DNA of 64,000 nt from Eledone cirrhosa (GCA_964016885.1 OZ024740.1:226486001-226550000); one strand, 5' to 3'; counted from the stretch's first letter, positions 39,785 through 54,544 are shown. Numbers and translations: made by a program. The notes: generated by a model not told the origin, from the sequence alone.

Positions 39785-39960
39785 GTACACTGTTGCATGT
39801 CCTGCATCTCCAACAGACCAGTGTCTGTCCTTAGGGCATCAACATACGTTAACCTTGGTCTTCCTCTTCTAGTGTGGCCAACTAGGACATGGCAGCAATA
39901 ATGAGGGACAGAGACCGCTGGAGAGAACTCGTCCATGGATCTCGGGAATTTTACCCGCCT
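39785..39960. mobile_element. short RTE-like 3' fragment with 5' inversion
   Basis: Minus strand GHTRRGRPRLTYVDALRTDTGL..QDM; plus strand DMAAIMRDRDRWRELVHG. Confidence 0.65.
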
Positions 39961-42789
39961 TAGATAGATAGACTGTTGCATCACTAAAGATTGTTTCAAG
40001 CTGCTTCTGACATATTCGTGGTAAATAAAGATTTCTCTCCCTAGATTCTTTAGTCAATTTTACTTACAAGTACTCTCAGGTCTTGAATAATCACCCCACC
40101 CCCACCCCCATACACACACACACACTTATTAATTTTTCAAATTTTTTCCCACACCCTGCTCTTATTCCATCACCCTCACCTCTCGCTTATTAAATTTTTC
40201 TAATCTATCTCTGGCAAAATTTTATTTTAAGTGGTAGCATTCCTGGGACAATTAATTTTCTTTATACATTAAAAAACATTATACATGACAAAAAAAAAAA
40301 CATTACAAGAAATCAAATATGTTATAAAATAAATAGATGGGTTGGGGTCTTATTATGTAAACTAGGTGGATTGGCAGTATCGGTAGAGGGTCGGACGTCA
40401 TGCTTTGACGCATAGAATTATGGCCCTTTCCATTCTGAGTTCAAATCCTGCCGAGGTCAACGTTGCCTTTCATCCTTACGGGGTCGATAAAATAAAGTAC
40501 CAGTAACGTACTGGGAAATTGCTGGCCTTGTGCCAAAAGTAGAAACAATTATGTAAACTAAATTTCTAATTCTTGTTTTTAAAATAATTAAGGGAAACAA
40601 CCTAGCAAAATATTCAATTTTCCAAGACCCCCCACCTCTATTATTTGGGACCCGGGAGTATTTATTTTCCATTTAGTGCCACTAGTTGATTTTCTTTTGA
40701 TATTGTACGCTGTTAAGAAAGACAAGAATAAAACATATAATAATAATGAAATTATTGTGTACAGTGCTCAGGTGCACTACAACTCATCAAAGGTGCATGT
40801 ATAGTACATAGAATAATGTACAAATGTCAGGAAAGTGAACACTGCATAGAGTTTTAGTTTTGAAATCGATACATATTCAAAGTTAGAAACTGAGCTGATA
40901 TTATGTATAAGCATTTCTCAAAGTTAATAGAAATTTAGCAAAATGAAATAACTCCATTTTGCAATTAAAAGTTAGTTATGGACTCAGCTAGCCCAGAAAA
41001 TATCCTCTAGACTGCTATACTTGTCAGTAATTTCCAACAGGTGTCTGAATATTATTTATTGACACAGTAATGCCTGAAAACCATTCATAGTATATAATCA
41101 TTCAATGACATCTTTCCAGAAAATGTCAATACTGTAGTATGTCCAATTTTACAAAAGTATACTGAGAGAATATCGGCAACATTATTAGCAATGCCAAATC
41201 AAATTAACTTAGTTGAGGTTGGACAATAGCTTTGTCATAAATGACCAGTTTTCTTGGAAGTATTATGCTGTGTCTTTAGGCCATCCACAAAACTTTATAT
41301 ATACTTCTGTTTAACTAACTAGAAAATAAGTTCTTCAATCTATCTCAGAATTTAATGGTTTGCTTAATAAATTATACATAGGGAAATTTTCCCTTCAATT
41401 ATTTCTTTTAAGAAATATTTCCAAGTACTAAATCCTTCAGAATGAACACTTCTAATTTTGAGACAGGGCTGAGATAAGCAAAATAGTTTTAGAGTGGTAA
41501 GGTCTGGTCCCCTAACTTTTGTGCGAGTTGTAGTGGCGCTCTATTGCCATACAACATTTCTGGGGCATTTTAAGTCTGGCAGAGTCCATTCCAGTTCTGA
41601 ATACAGAAAATTTCTTCCACTAAAGGATATAAAATGAGAGAAAGGAAGTGAGAAAGAGATATAGAGGAAGAATCAACCCCAGTTCTTTCTTTTATCGACC
41701 TCAAAATGATGAAAGGCAAAGTTGACCTTGGCAGGATTTGAATTCACAGAGCATTCTATCCAGTGTTCTAACAACTTGAGAGGGTTAAAGACTACCATAA
41801 TGAATAAACAGTGCAGAATATTAGGTTTTAAGACTGCAGGAGTTAAGGTCCAGATTTACTCTGATAGTGAATATCTACAATCAAAAACTATCCAATCATA
41901 GGCAGTGTTCAACAGGAGCTTGGAATTAAAAGTGTTAAGACCATGAGCCCAACCCTATAAAACATTTCTAAAATCAAGTATATTATTATTTTGTTTTGTT
42001 GATTAAATTTCAATAAAGTACATTTGTTTTCCTAAGACAATTGACAACCCTCACCTCCATGTCATCATTAACAGGCAGAAAAGTCTTCATGAACCCAATG
42101 ATGTTTAGTTACATATTTCAAAAAGCCAGCGGGAATTAAAAATCTTTATTTACCGTGGATATGTCAGAAGCAACTCTAAGCAATTTTTGTGATGCAACAA
42201 TGCATATAATAAGAATTTGAAATGTGTATGTTTCCACACAAATGACCATAATAATAATACTCGCTCACTATAAATAACAGTTGAAAAAGTCAAATAAAGT
42301 ACCACTAGAGATAGAAAATATGAGTAGAGGCACACATTTCAAATTTTAAATTTTCCCAATGTGTCTTAGCTTATGATAATATTGTTATACTTTGGAAGAA
42401 GGGTCATACTGCCAATAAAAGACATATACTGTTAGGTTTCACTTCAATTTATTATTATAATTCACAGTGGAATTGGCTGCCCACAGGTGCTAGCCCTGGG
42501 AGGGGAAGTGGCTGTTCCAGTGTGTCTCTTCTCTGTCCTCCAAGGCAATAAATTCTCCATCCTGTCAGCCAGGACCCAGAGGTGGAGGGTATTGGAGGTG
42601 GAGGATACTCGTTTGGGTGTCACACATTTACATATAGTTCATATGAAAATTAGTAGCTTTTTTGTGATTTCATAGAAGGCTTACTAAATGCTGATAGATA
42701 AAAACGTAAAACATTTATCAGCTATCATGTTAAATTTTAAAGTTATTAGTTCACATAAGGCTCCCATGTTCTATATACTGTTTTACTTG

Positions 42790-43063
42790 CAGTTATCATG
42801 ATTTCCAAGTCAGTTAGTTTAATAACCAGTTGGTTGTTTATTTGTGATTGTCAAAGCTCTTTTGTCACATATTCTTTGACAACAAAATTAATCACTGAGG
42901 AGTTCACAGAATGTTTAACAAAAGAGCTTTGACAATCAACAAATAAACAACCACCCAGTTATTAAACTAACTGACTAGTAAATTATGATAACCAATTGAA
43001 GAGAAACCCAACAGGTGTGTGTGCTTTTTATTGGCAGCATGACCCACACAAAGCATAACAATA
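42790..43063 (+). mobile_element. family E pLTR-like element with inverted segment and decayed HHR
   Basis: Inverted repeat 42792-42875 / 42908-42992; CTGAGGA gttcaca..tgtttaac AAAA gagc TT tgac at 42895-42933. Confidence 0.6.
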
Positions 43064-43642
43064 TCTGTTTTAACACAGGTTTACAGATAAAATATTTTGC
43101 AAAACAAATACAAAAGCAAAGTACTTATGATAATAATTTTGATTACAGAAATCTTCATTCTAATTAATGAGTAGAGACTTATGTTTTGAAATATCTCTCT
43201 TCACAAAAAAATAAATAAATAAATGAATAAAATAATTAAATAAATAAACATGCTGCAAGCCTTATTAATTTATCTAATAATTGTTTCCAATGTATATGCA
43301 AGATTAGACATTTGTGGGGAGAATATTATTAACTCTAGTACTTGGTTAAGCTGGTTCAGCAGGATTTGAAACAAACACAGGAAAGCATGTTGTTTGAAGC
43401 TTTAACAATCTCACCAATCCTCCAACCAGTTAATTTATCAAATGATATGCGTGTTTTTAACTCCAAGATAACCCATTTCAAGAAGATCTGTGATCAAAGG
43501 CATTCTTTTCCAGCAGTAATCATTTCAGTAGGGTATGATTTGAGGGATATTTAGCTACTGTCTCTAACTGGAAAAGCAACCATGTAAAGGCAACTTGATC
43601 AGCACTTTCATGGCTGTTCCATTATCATATATATATATATAT

Positions 43643-44980
43643 TAGAAACCTAGGAGTAGATGAGTTGTTTGTGAAGGCTGTGCAAGCCATGTATAGAGAA
43701 GCAGTCAGCAAAGTCAGGATTAACAATGACTGTAACAAGTAATTTAGCATACAAGTTGGCGACCACCAGGGATCTGTCTTAGCCCACTCCTTTTTATTAT
43801 CATTCTGCAGGCTATAACAGAGGAGTTTAAGACCAGCTGCCCATGGGAACTTCCGTACGCAGATCATTGTACACTCATAGCTGAATCTATGGTGGAACTA
43901 GAGAAGAAATTCGAACCATTGAAGTAGGGCCTAGATAGAAGGGCTCTTAAAGTCAACTTGACAAAGACTAAGGTACTAGTAAGTAGAAGAGAAAATAGAA
44001 CCCAGATCTCCTCTGCCTTGTTCAGTAAGTAGGAAAGGTGTAGGTAGAAACTCCATCCTCTGTCCCATATGCAAACTATGGGTACACAAGAGATGTAGTG
44101 GGATCTCAGGAAGTTTAGCTAAGAATGTAGGCTTTACATGTAGCAGTTGCACTGGAACAGTAAGCATCAAATGACCACAGGAAACAAGCACTACCAAATT
44201 CTGGAAAGGCTCTGTAGAAACAGTAGACAGCTTCTGCTACTTAGGTGACTGAATTAGCAGCGGTTGTGGGTGTTCTGAAAGTACTGTAGTCAGAATAAGA
44301 ATCGGATGGAGCAAGTTCAGGGAGTTACTACCACTGCTGGCTACAAAAAGGCTTCTCCCTCAGAATGAAATGCAGACTGTATGATGCGTGCAAATCAACA
44401 GCTATGTTGCATGGTAGTGATGGATGTGTAATAGTAATATATGAGAACGGTGAAACATAAATGAACTGAAAGAGAAACTAGGCATAAGAGGAAGCAAATG
44501 CTTTGTGCAGGGAAGGAGATTGCATTGGTATGGACATGTGATGCGTATGAAGGATGACAGCTGCATTAAAAAGTGCAGAGTGCTCAAAGTCGATGGAAGC
44601 CTTGGAGTAGGGAGACCCATGAAAACTTGGAAGATGAGGTGATAAAAGCTGACCTTTCCCAATTGCACCTCTCAAAAGTGATGACACATGACCAAGATTT
44701 CTGGTGATGCGCAGTAACACAGAAGACCTGACTTCCCAAGACCACAAGCTGAAGCATATATACAGTTAGACCCATCCCACCCTCCCATACACTATCATGA
44801 GGTCAGGCCAAAGTAAACACATCCAGTGAAGCCCCCAGACCACACTGTAAATGTGGTTGGCATTAGGAAGGGCATCCAGCCGTTGAAAACCAGCCAGAAA
44901 TAGTCCTGTATGAGTGAGACATGGTCACTCAACCCAACTTGCCTCTAAATGGGACAAAACCGTCTAACCCATGCTAGCAT
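43643..44980 (+). mobile_element. degenerate RTE LINE
   Basis: KLGVDEL.VKAVQAMY.., CPWEL.YAD, Cys finger remnant and 3' UTR, collinear with the 19189-20670 copy. Confidence 0.9.
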
Positions 44981-45004
44981 ACATATATATATATATATAT
45001 ATAT

Positions 45005-46288
45005 AAAGAAAAAAAGATGAAATCGAAAATGCAACTAGAGTCTTATTTTTAAAAAAATATATATATTTATTTGAATGTATATATAGTGTATTTTGCAATA
45101 CACTGTATGCTTAATTAAAAGCATTTCGAAGACCTTATGCTATTGTTTTAGAGTAGTGACAGTCTCACTTACTTTAATTTTCAGCAAACAGGGGAGATAA
45201 AGCTGACAGGGCCTTGTTTCGGATTTTTTTTATGCTTATCAAAGCCAACTACTCCTTCTGTTTGCTGAAAATCATAAATGTTTGATTCTTATAGAATTCT
45301 AGTAATAATCAGGAACTGATTAAACAGAGCGGTTGCCGGTCAAGCAGAAATTGAAAATTAGAATTGGTGCGCTGAAATAGCTATATATATATGAATGTAT
45401 ATATAGTGTATTTTGCAATACACTGTATGCTTAATTAAAAGCATTTCGAAGACCTTATGCTATTGTTTTAGAGTAGTGACAGTCTCACTTACTTAAATTT
45501 TCAGTAAACAATTGCTGAAAATTAAAGTAAGTGAGACTGTCACTACTCTAAAACAATAGCATAAGGTCTTCGAAATGCTTTTAATTAAGCATACAGTGTA
45601 TTGCAAAATACATTATATATACATTCATATATATATATAGCTATTTCAGAGCACCAATTCTAATATATTTATTTGGTTCCTTTACCGGTTTCGCAGTTCT
45701 TCTGCTTTTCAAAAGTAGAGTTGAGATGGAGGATCTGTGGTTTTTCTCACATCTGGTTGGTCTTTGAATGTTCCTTGTTTTATATGGAAAAAAGTGGCTC
45801 GAAACGCCAGGTTTGAATTACTTTTGACTTAAAAAATTTAATGAACCTTTTACTTAAAAAATTTAATGAACTTGTTCACGTGACAGCCATAATTTCATTT
45901 ATAACCAATCAGATTACATTTTTTTAGAAAAAGCCTTCGTGAGCCCCTTTTTTTAAGTAAAAACTAATTCAAACACTCATATATGAAAAAACTTATTGAC
46001 CAACCAATCAAATTACTTCTCTAAAAACCTGGCGTTTCGAGCCACTTTTTTCCATATGAAACAAGTAACATTCTAAGACCAACCAGATGTGAGAAAAACC
46101 ACAGACCCTCCACTTCAACTCTACTTTTGAAAATAAAAGAACTGCGAAACTGGTAAAGGAACCAAATAAATATATATATATTTTTTTAAATAAGACTCCA
46201 GTTGCATTTTCGATTTCATCTTTTTTTCTTTATACTTTCACTCGTGTAGGGCACCTCGGTTGTTCTTCATTTTGTAAAAAAACCTTAC

Positions 46289-46292
<4 letters not shown>
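45005..46292. mobile_element. large fold-back element with a nested family H element (45073-45662)
   Basis: 45005-45072 inverted to 46163-46233; 45665-45815 inverted to 46025-46175; the inner element has a 320-bp direct repeat and an inverted copy. Confidence 0.75.
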
Positions 46293-46320
<28 letters not shown>

Positions 46321-46335
46321 CATCATCATCATCAT

Positions 46336-46376
<41 letters not shown>

Positions 46377-46559
46377 CATATATATATGTAATTAATATAG
46401 AGAAGGCTTCTACAGTCCTGTAGAAGCCATTACTATATTAAATATTAATACTCTGCTATGTATTGAGTACCTTACTTACTGTGGTTACCCCTGATTGAAC
46501 ACGGGATCAACTTATCTATATATATAAATATGTGTGTATATACATATATATATATATAT

Positions 46560-47079
46560 ATTGGTAAACGGAATAGAAAATGCTGACAAATTGTTCACAG
46601 TTGAAAAATGGTTTAATTAGGAATAAAAGAGTATTAGTCATTGTATGGGTTAGTATTCAGTTGTGGTTTTAAGTTTTTAAGTTTTTACCGGTTGCGCATT
46701 TCTAAATGCTTTTCAAAAATCATTTTGAGATAGAGTGTCCGTGCTGTTTGCTCTGATCTGATTAGTTTTGGGAATTCTACCTGTTTTTATGTTAAAAAAG
46801 TGGCTCCAGCGTTATTTTTGTGTTGCAAAAATGCTTGTGGTCAAAACAATTTTGATTGGTCGGTAGAGGTCATGTGAATGTAAAAAGTTGATTTTGCGGC
46901 AAGACTGTTTTTATGTTAAAAAAGTGGCTCCAGCAAAAATTCTTGGTCAAAACAATTTTGATTGGTCGGTAGAGGTCATGTGGATAAAAAATTGGTTTTG
47001 CGCAAAGATTGAGAAATGACTCTTTCACAACAAATATGTGTGTGTGTGTGTGTGTGTGTATGTGTGTGTGTGTGTGTGT

Positions 47080-47111
<32 letters not shown>

Positions 47112-47182
47112 AGTAGTAGTAGTGAGGTGTTCGATGCTGCGACAATGGCCAGCAGCGATGTGTGTCAAATGGCTATTAAGAT

Positions 47183-47217
<35 letters not shown>

Positions 47218-47583
47218 GCAGAGTAATTCGATGGTCAGTAAGAATGTGTCTGAAAGCAATGGGGGGTATTTTAGCATGTCAAAAGATATTTTTCAGCTTT
47301 TGTCTTATACGGAGAAGTGCGTGTGTGTGTGTGTGTGTGTATGTATAAGTCTCTTTGTATGTTGATGTACGTGTGTGTATGTGTTTGTGTATATATGTGT
47401 GTGTGGTGTGGGGGGGTGGACCAGTATTTGTTTCCCCCTGGTAAAATGGTGTACATTATTCGATTTTTTCAGTAAAATCGGTTCTCTTAATAGAACATCA
47501 TTTTTCAACTGTGAGCAATTTGTCAGCATTTTCTATTCCATTTACCAATATATAATAACTTGTGTGTTACACCTCTATTCTTT

Positions 47584-47590
<7 letters not shown>
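46560..47590. mobile_element. fold-back element related to 45005-46292
   Basis: Inverted ends 46560-46630 / 47483-47550; shares aaaaaagtggctc and tttgattggt motifs; internal ~110-bp duplication 46780-46880 / 46905-46985. Confidence 0.6.
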
Positions 47591-47627
<37 letters not shown>

Positions 47628-47630
<3 letters not shown>

Positions 47631-48120
47631 TGGCTGACAACTCGTTTTCGAGTACGGCCACTACTTTATATACATGTAGGAGAACCCCTACCGATGCGCT
47701 GAACGAGTGTGACTTTTTAGTCCAGCCAGCGACTTGAAAACTCTGGTACAAACACTACACTTGTGACAATTATTGACACTTGGTACCATGAGATGACAAG
47801 TGCAGAGAGATCTCCAGATATAAAGCAATGCCTGTGCCGTGAAGCTTTTATAGTGAGCAAAGGCACTGCACAAAGCCAGTCGAACTCTCTTAACCGAGAT
47901 GATATTTACCAAAAAGAAGAACAAGTCAACATAATTGGATACCATCAGAGTTGCAGGTGTTATATCAGAGTTTTCCTTCTCCTAGAATTCTGCTTTGACA
48001 AAGGCTAAGGGGTCATCTCTCCCGGTGATTTAGGATGGCCATTGACTCTGAAGAGCTCCTTTGCCCTTTGACAGGTTTTGTTTTTAGTCCTGCAGGATGT
48101 TCAAAGTCACCCTCCTCACC
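47628..48120 (-). mobile_element. short bipartite RTE-like element ending in a C2H2 finger remnant
   Basis: [25 protein letters not shown]; flanked by (TA)n; second copy at 48733-49190. Confidence 0.65.
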
Positions 48121-48296
48121 ATATATATATATATATATATATATATTGAACTCACAACCTTTCGATTGCAAGGCCAATACTCTAACGACTAAGTCATGTG
48201 CCTCCACATATATATATATATCCGGGAGCTTCCAACAGTAATGGTTGCATTTTTTAAGGGTATGTCAATATTTATTTATAAAACTGATCTATATTA

Positions 48297-48361
48297 TATT
48301 TAGTCTGATGAAAGCACACCATAATTTAACTTGCTGTCCTTGAAATATGTATAATGAAATA
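48297..48361 (+). ncRNA. type I hammerhead ribozyme (family A), in element 48222-48402
   Basis: tatttagt CTGATGA aagcacacca..tgctgtcctt GAAA tatgta TA atgaaata. Confidence 0.65.
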
Positions 48362-48419
48362 AATATGGTTTTATAAATATAGTTTCCATTTGTTAATATC
48401 GTATATATACATACATATA

Positions 48420-48551
48420 CAGGTGAATAAACTGGAGCAATGTGAAATAAAGTGTCTTGCTCAAGGAAACAACACATCACCCGGTCTGAGAATTGAACTC
48501 ACAACCATTCGATTGCAAGGCCAATGCTCTAACCACTAAGCCATGTGCCTC

Positions 48552-48552
<1 letters not shown>
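48420..48552 (-). mobile_element. tRNA-derived SINE head
   Basis: Reverse complement of 51556-51680; a shorter head lies at 48146-48207. Confidence 0.8.
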
Positions 48553-48619
<67 letters not shown>

Positions 48620-48732
48620 TATGGTGGCTGTATATATATGTATGTATATATATATGTATGTATGTATGTATATATATATATATACATACATACATACATA
48701 TATATATACATACATATATATATATATATATA

Positions 48733-49190
48733 TGGTGGCTGCCAACTCGTTTTCGAGTACGGCCACTACTTTATATCCATGTAGGAGAACCCCTACCGAT
48801 GCGCTGAACGAGTGTGACTTTTTAGTCCAGCCAGAGACTTGAAAACTCTGGTACAAACACTACACTTGTGACAATTATTGACACATAGTGCTGGGCCGAT
48901 GGTACCATGTGACGACAAGTGCAGAGAGATCTCCAGATATAAAGCAATGCCTGTGCCGTGAAGCTTTTATAGTGAGCAAAGGCACTGCACAAAGCCAGTC
49001 CCACTCTCTTAACCAAGATGATATTTACCAAAAAGAAGAACAAGTCAACATCATTGGATACCATCAGGGTTGCAGGTGTTATATCAGAGTTTTCCTTCTC
49101 CTAGAATTCTGCCTTGACAAAGGCTAAGGAGTCATCTCTCCCGGAGATTTTGGATGGCCATTGACTGTTAAGAGCTCCTTTGCCCTTTGT
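48733..49190 (-). mobile_element. second copy of the bipartite RTE-like element
   Basis: High similarity to 47628-48070. Confidence 0.7.
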
Positions 49191-49234
49191 ATGTATGTAT
49201 ATATATATATATATACATACATACATACATACAT

Positions 49235-49280
<46 letters not shown>

Positions 49281-50140
49281 TAAAATAACAGATTAAAGTT
49301 TAAGCAAAGAATCGCTGCTTTCACCCTTAACAGGATCTTCTGAAACTAACAAAGTCAATCTGTAAACGCAGAAGTGGTATTTCAAAAAACGTTGCAACCG
49401 GAGGAAGACAGGAAGACGATACTTTGGTTCGTGGAAATGTTCCCTGGCAAAGAACGGGAAAAAACGAATATAATACGTCATTAATAGGGGCGGTGAAAAA
49501 CAATTACGCGCAAAGACAGAACCACGTTTATGGTATAAAAGAGGTCGTAGACTAATGTTCTCTTAGGTGGTTCATAGAGACGTTCTCTGGCAATGAACGA
49601 AAAACCCAAGATAATACGTCATATGTTTAGCGTGGAGAACAATTGCACGCAAAGACAAAACCACGTAAATGGTATAGCAGAAGTCGTATACTAAAATTCT
49701 AACTAGGAGACCGAATGAATCTCCGCTTCAGAGTTAAGAATAAAGTAAATAAATACAATACAGAGGTAATAGAAATTAAATAAATACATATACGCATACA
49801 AATACGTACATACACAAGCATACGCGAAAACACTTACTATAGGTATACAAATCCACGCACATATAAATATGTGTGTGTGTGTACGTGTATACAAACAAAT
49901 AAATAATTAAATAAACGTATATAAATAAATAAATACGTATATAACAAGCGCACACACATACCTACATAAGAGAATCCTTATAAACGAGTGCAATCGAATT
50001 GTATGCATATACACACATATATATATACACACAATTCTCACATATATACACATAGACGTACCTACACATATAGGTAGATATGCATCACACATATATATAT
50101 ATACACATACACACACATAAATATATATACTTGTATATAA

Positions 50141-50171
<31 letters not shown>

Positions 50172-50224
50172 GAGAGATATATAGATATATAAATACAGTA
50201 CATAGTATAATTGAAGTACATAAT

Positions 50225-50440
50225 ATATTTAATATAAAATAAAATAAAATAAAATAAAATAATAAAATAAAATGAAATGAAATAAAATAAAATAAAAAAA
50301 TAAAAAGTAAAAAATAAAAAATAAAAAATAAAAAATAAAAAATAAAAAATAAAATAAAAAATAAAAAATAAATAATAAAAAATAATAAATAATAAATAAT
50401 AAATAATAAATAAAAAATAAAAATAAATTAAATAAAAAAG
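50225..50440. repeat. A-rich (AATAA)n/(AAAAAAT)n tract
   Basis: Read directly. Confidence 0.9.
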
Positions 50441-51295
50441 AATTATATTACGATTTGGAAATATAATTATAAGCAATATAACTTTAAATCAACATAATTT
50501 TTAAAATATTATAGAATATTTCAAGTTATAATTTTAAAATAATAATATGTTTAATAGATTTAGTATAAAAATTTTATTCGTATATTTAACTTAATTTTAT
50601 ATCCATAAGAGAAAGAAAAAGAAACTTTCAAAAGAGAAACTTTCAAAAATAGGAGAAACTATCAAATAATATTTTCCCCTTTTAAGCGCTTTCAGTATGC
50701 TTCTCTAGAAGAGTTTTTTATATTTATTTATATTTAGGAAGAAAAATTTTTTTTACTTGAGAGTTTAAGCAGTCAAAATGAAGGAATCTAATGATTTATC
50801 GGTAGGTTCAATATATTAATAGAATTAATTAATTAATTATATATTACATTTGAAATTTATATTTAAACGTTGAGTTCACTCTATGTCTGCAGCAACTGAA
50901 TAAATTGTTCCTTAGGTTCAAATAAATAAAGGAATAAACAAAACATATACTTAGCTCCCACATCAAGACGTAAAATATCCACGTATAGATCGTACTATCC
51001 GTTAGGGTATAACGTGGGGCTGTAATACAGGAAAGTTTTGTGCAATTTATGTTTACAAGCCGAAATTGCCTCAGATTTTTTGATTAAGATGTGGTCTGTG
51101 GCGTAGAGTATTTCCAGTACGATCTATACGTGGATATTTTACGTCTTGATATGGGAGCTAAGTATATGTTTTGTTTATTCCTTTACTTATTTGCATAGCG
51201 AACGTTTTCACGAACCAAAGTATCGTCTTCCTGTCTTCCTCCGGTTGCAACGTTTTTTTAAATATCCACTTCTGCGTTTACAGATTGACTTTGTT

Positions 51296-51346
51296 AGTTT
51301 GAGAAGAACCCGTTAAGGGTGAAAGCAACGATTCTTTGCTTAAACT
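51296..51346 (+). ncRNA. HHR-like motif, family B (variant core)
   Basis: agttt GAGAAGA accc gttaa gggt GAAA gcaa..ttgc TT aaact; copies with a CAGAAGA core at 49297-49347 (-) and 57801-57851 (-). Confidence 0.55.
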
Positions 51347-51453
51347 TTAATCTGTTATTTTAATAAATATTTGCTCTACGGTTCTTATATATTTGATATA
51401 TATTTATCCTTATCGAGCCCTCTTTGGATTTTAGTCTTCAAATTTATTATTAT

Positions 51454-51838
<385 letters not shown>

Positions 51839-51867
51839 TACACACACATATATATATATATATATAT

Positions 51868-53610
51868 ATGATGTATTTTCTTTAGGACGTTTTGGAAGCC
51901 TCAACAATGCAGATGCGGGTAACGAGATCCGGTGGTGAAGAGAGAGATGTAAGTGAATGTAGAATGAGATATATAGTGTGTAGAAGAACGTAGGAAAGAG
52001 AGTAAAAAATAAAAATAATAACACGAGATAGAGTTACCTTTGGGAGAGATTTAATTGTCCCTATATATTTCGGATTCACATCCATCAACTGAGTTTTTTC
52101 AGGGGGTTATCTGTTGGAAAGGTGCGAACGTGACTTCTGCTGAGCTATTCAGCAGAGTGCGCGTGAAATGGGGTCGGTCAAGTAGAGGTCGGCTGCCAAA
52201 ATAGTTCTTTTAATTGTGGGAGTGGGGAGGCGTTAGCTGTCAATCTATTGTATTATCTGCCCGTGCTGGTTTCTGTATTAGCAGTGTTGAATATTGTGTG
52301 GTGGTGGTAGTATTCTCTGCCTGTTTGGTGAATGCTACTGTGTGTGTGTGTTGTCTCGCTTGTGTGTGTGTGTGTGTGTGCGTGTGTTGTTGCCTCGTTT
52401 GTCTGTATTAGCAGTGTAGTATATTCGTATGGTGGAATGCTACTGGGTGCGTGTGCGTGTGTTGTTGTCTCGCTTGTGTGTATGTGCGTGTGTTGTTGCC
52501 TCGTTTGTTTATTTAAACCAACCACCTCATTTCGCTTCTCTCGGATCGGTTATTTATTTGTGGCCCTAGGCGTTTGATCCAAAGTGCTTCCTTGATTCGT
52601 AACGTGCCGACGTTTCTTTCCGTCGCTAGCACTGTGACAATGGGCCTTCCGTCTTTGTTTCCGCATTTGGTTATGTGTTTCTGGAAAGACGAGGCCCTGG
52701 TGTTGATGTGCTCCTTGATCCGGATGTGTAATGGCCGGATTGTGCTACTTATATAGTAGTGGTTGCACTTGTTACATTCTACCTTATACACGACGTATGT
52801 GCATAGGCAACAGTTCGTATGGCACATCGGGCAGTTTCTGAGGGAGCACGCGTCAGTCAATTTCCTGGGTTTCCTGTAGAGGCATCTTCGCAGGGAGGGG
52901 CCCGAGTGGGCCCGGTGGATGTCGAGGCTCTCCCTCTGTATAGCCTTGCGGATAGCGTTAGTGGTATTCTCGCCCAGGTGTGGTATTTTAAGGAAGCACT
53001 TGCATTGGGCATTTCTCTGCCTCTTTCGTCTGGTGTCCCTTATTCTGTTTGTGAGTGAGGCAGGGTACCCGTTCATCTCCAGTACTTTGAGGAATCGCTT
53101 GGTATAGGTGACACCACTCGCGGGATCGCTGCATCTGTTTTTAATTTGCATGATCACGTTTGTGATGTACCCTCATTTAGCACTGTTAGGGAGGGCGGAC
53201 TTGTAATGGACGAACAGATCCCTGCAGACTGCCTTGCGGTAGAAGTTGGAGTGGATCTCTCCCTGTTCCGTGATGTTGATTCGGACTACCTCAGATATTC
53301 AAAACAACGAACAGCAGAGAACACGTTTCGCACCTTTTCGACAGATAACCCCCCCCCCCCCCTCGGAAAACACCCCAGTTGATGGATCTGAATCCGAAAT
53401 ATATAGGGACAATTAAATCTCTCCCAAGGTAACTCTATCTCGTGTTATTATTTTTATTTTTTACGCTCTTTCCTACGTTCTTCTACACACTATATATCTC
53501 ATTCTACATTCACTTACATCTCTCTCTTCACCACCGGATCTCGTTACCCGGAGAATTACCCATCTGCATTGTTGAGGCTTCCAAAACGACCTAAAGAAAA
53601 TATATCTTAT
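51868..53610 (-). mobile_element. Penelope-like element (family F): GIY-YIG plus 5' inverted pLTR
   Basis: ORF 52513-53157: VVYKVECNKCNHYYISSTIRPLHIRIKEH..LRIKEALWIK..PQINNRSE; 51870-52130 is inverted relative to 53320-53605. Confidence 0.9.
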
Positions 53611-53647
53611 CATTCCACAATGCTTCAAGCAAAGTTCAATACTCTCT

Positions 53648-54186
<539 letters not shown>

Positions 54187-54544
54187 CATCATCATCATCA
54201 TCATCATTGTTTAACGGACTCTACCGGAAGTTCCTCTTGGATATGTTTTCAGATCACTGGATTTTCTCATTGTGTTTTGCTTTATATATATACCACAAAT
54301 CACTACCACTTTTCCTTCACTTTTCGCTTCTGACTACTCCCTTCTCACAATTCTATTTCTCTCTCACCCCGCAAACCTCTCTAATTTTCTATTATTTTTT
54401 TAATTTCTCCCATTTTTTCATGAAAGATTAGCGTCTGAAACATTAAGACTCTTTTCCTAATATATCAAGTGTAAAACTAATATATTTCTTCATTGTACTG
54501 TGTTCCTTGCTTTGATATTTCTGTTTTCCTTTTGTATATATAAT

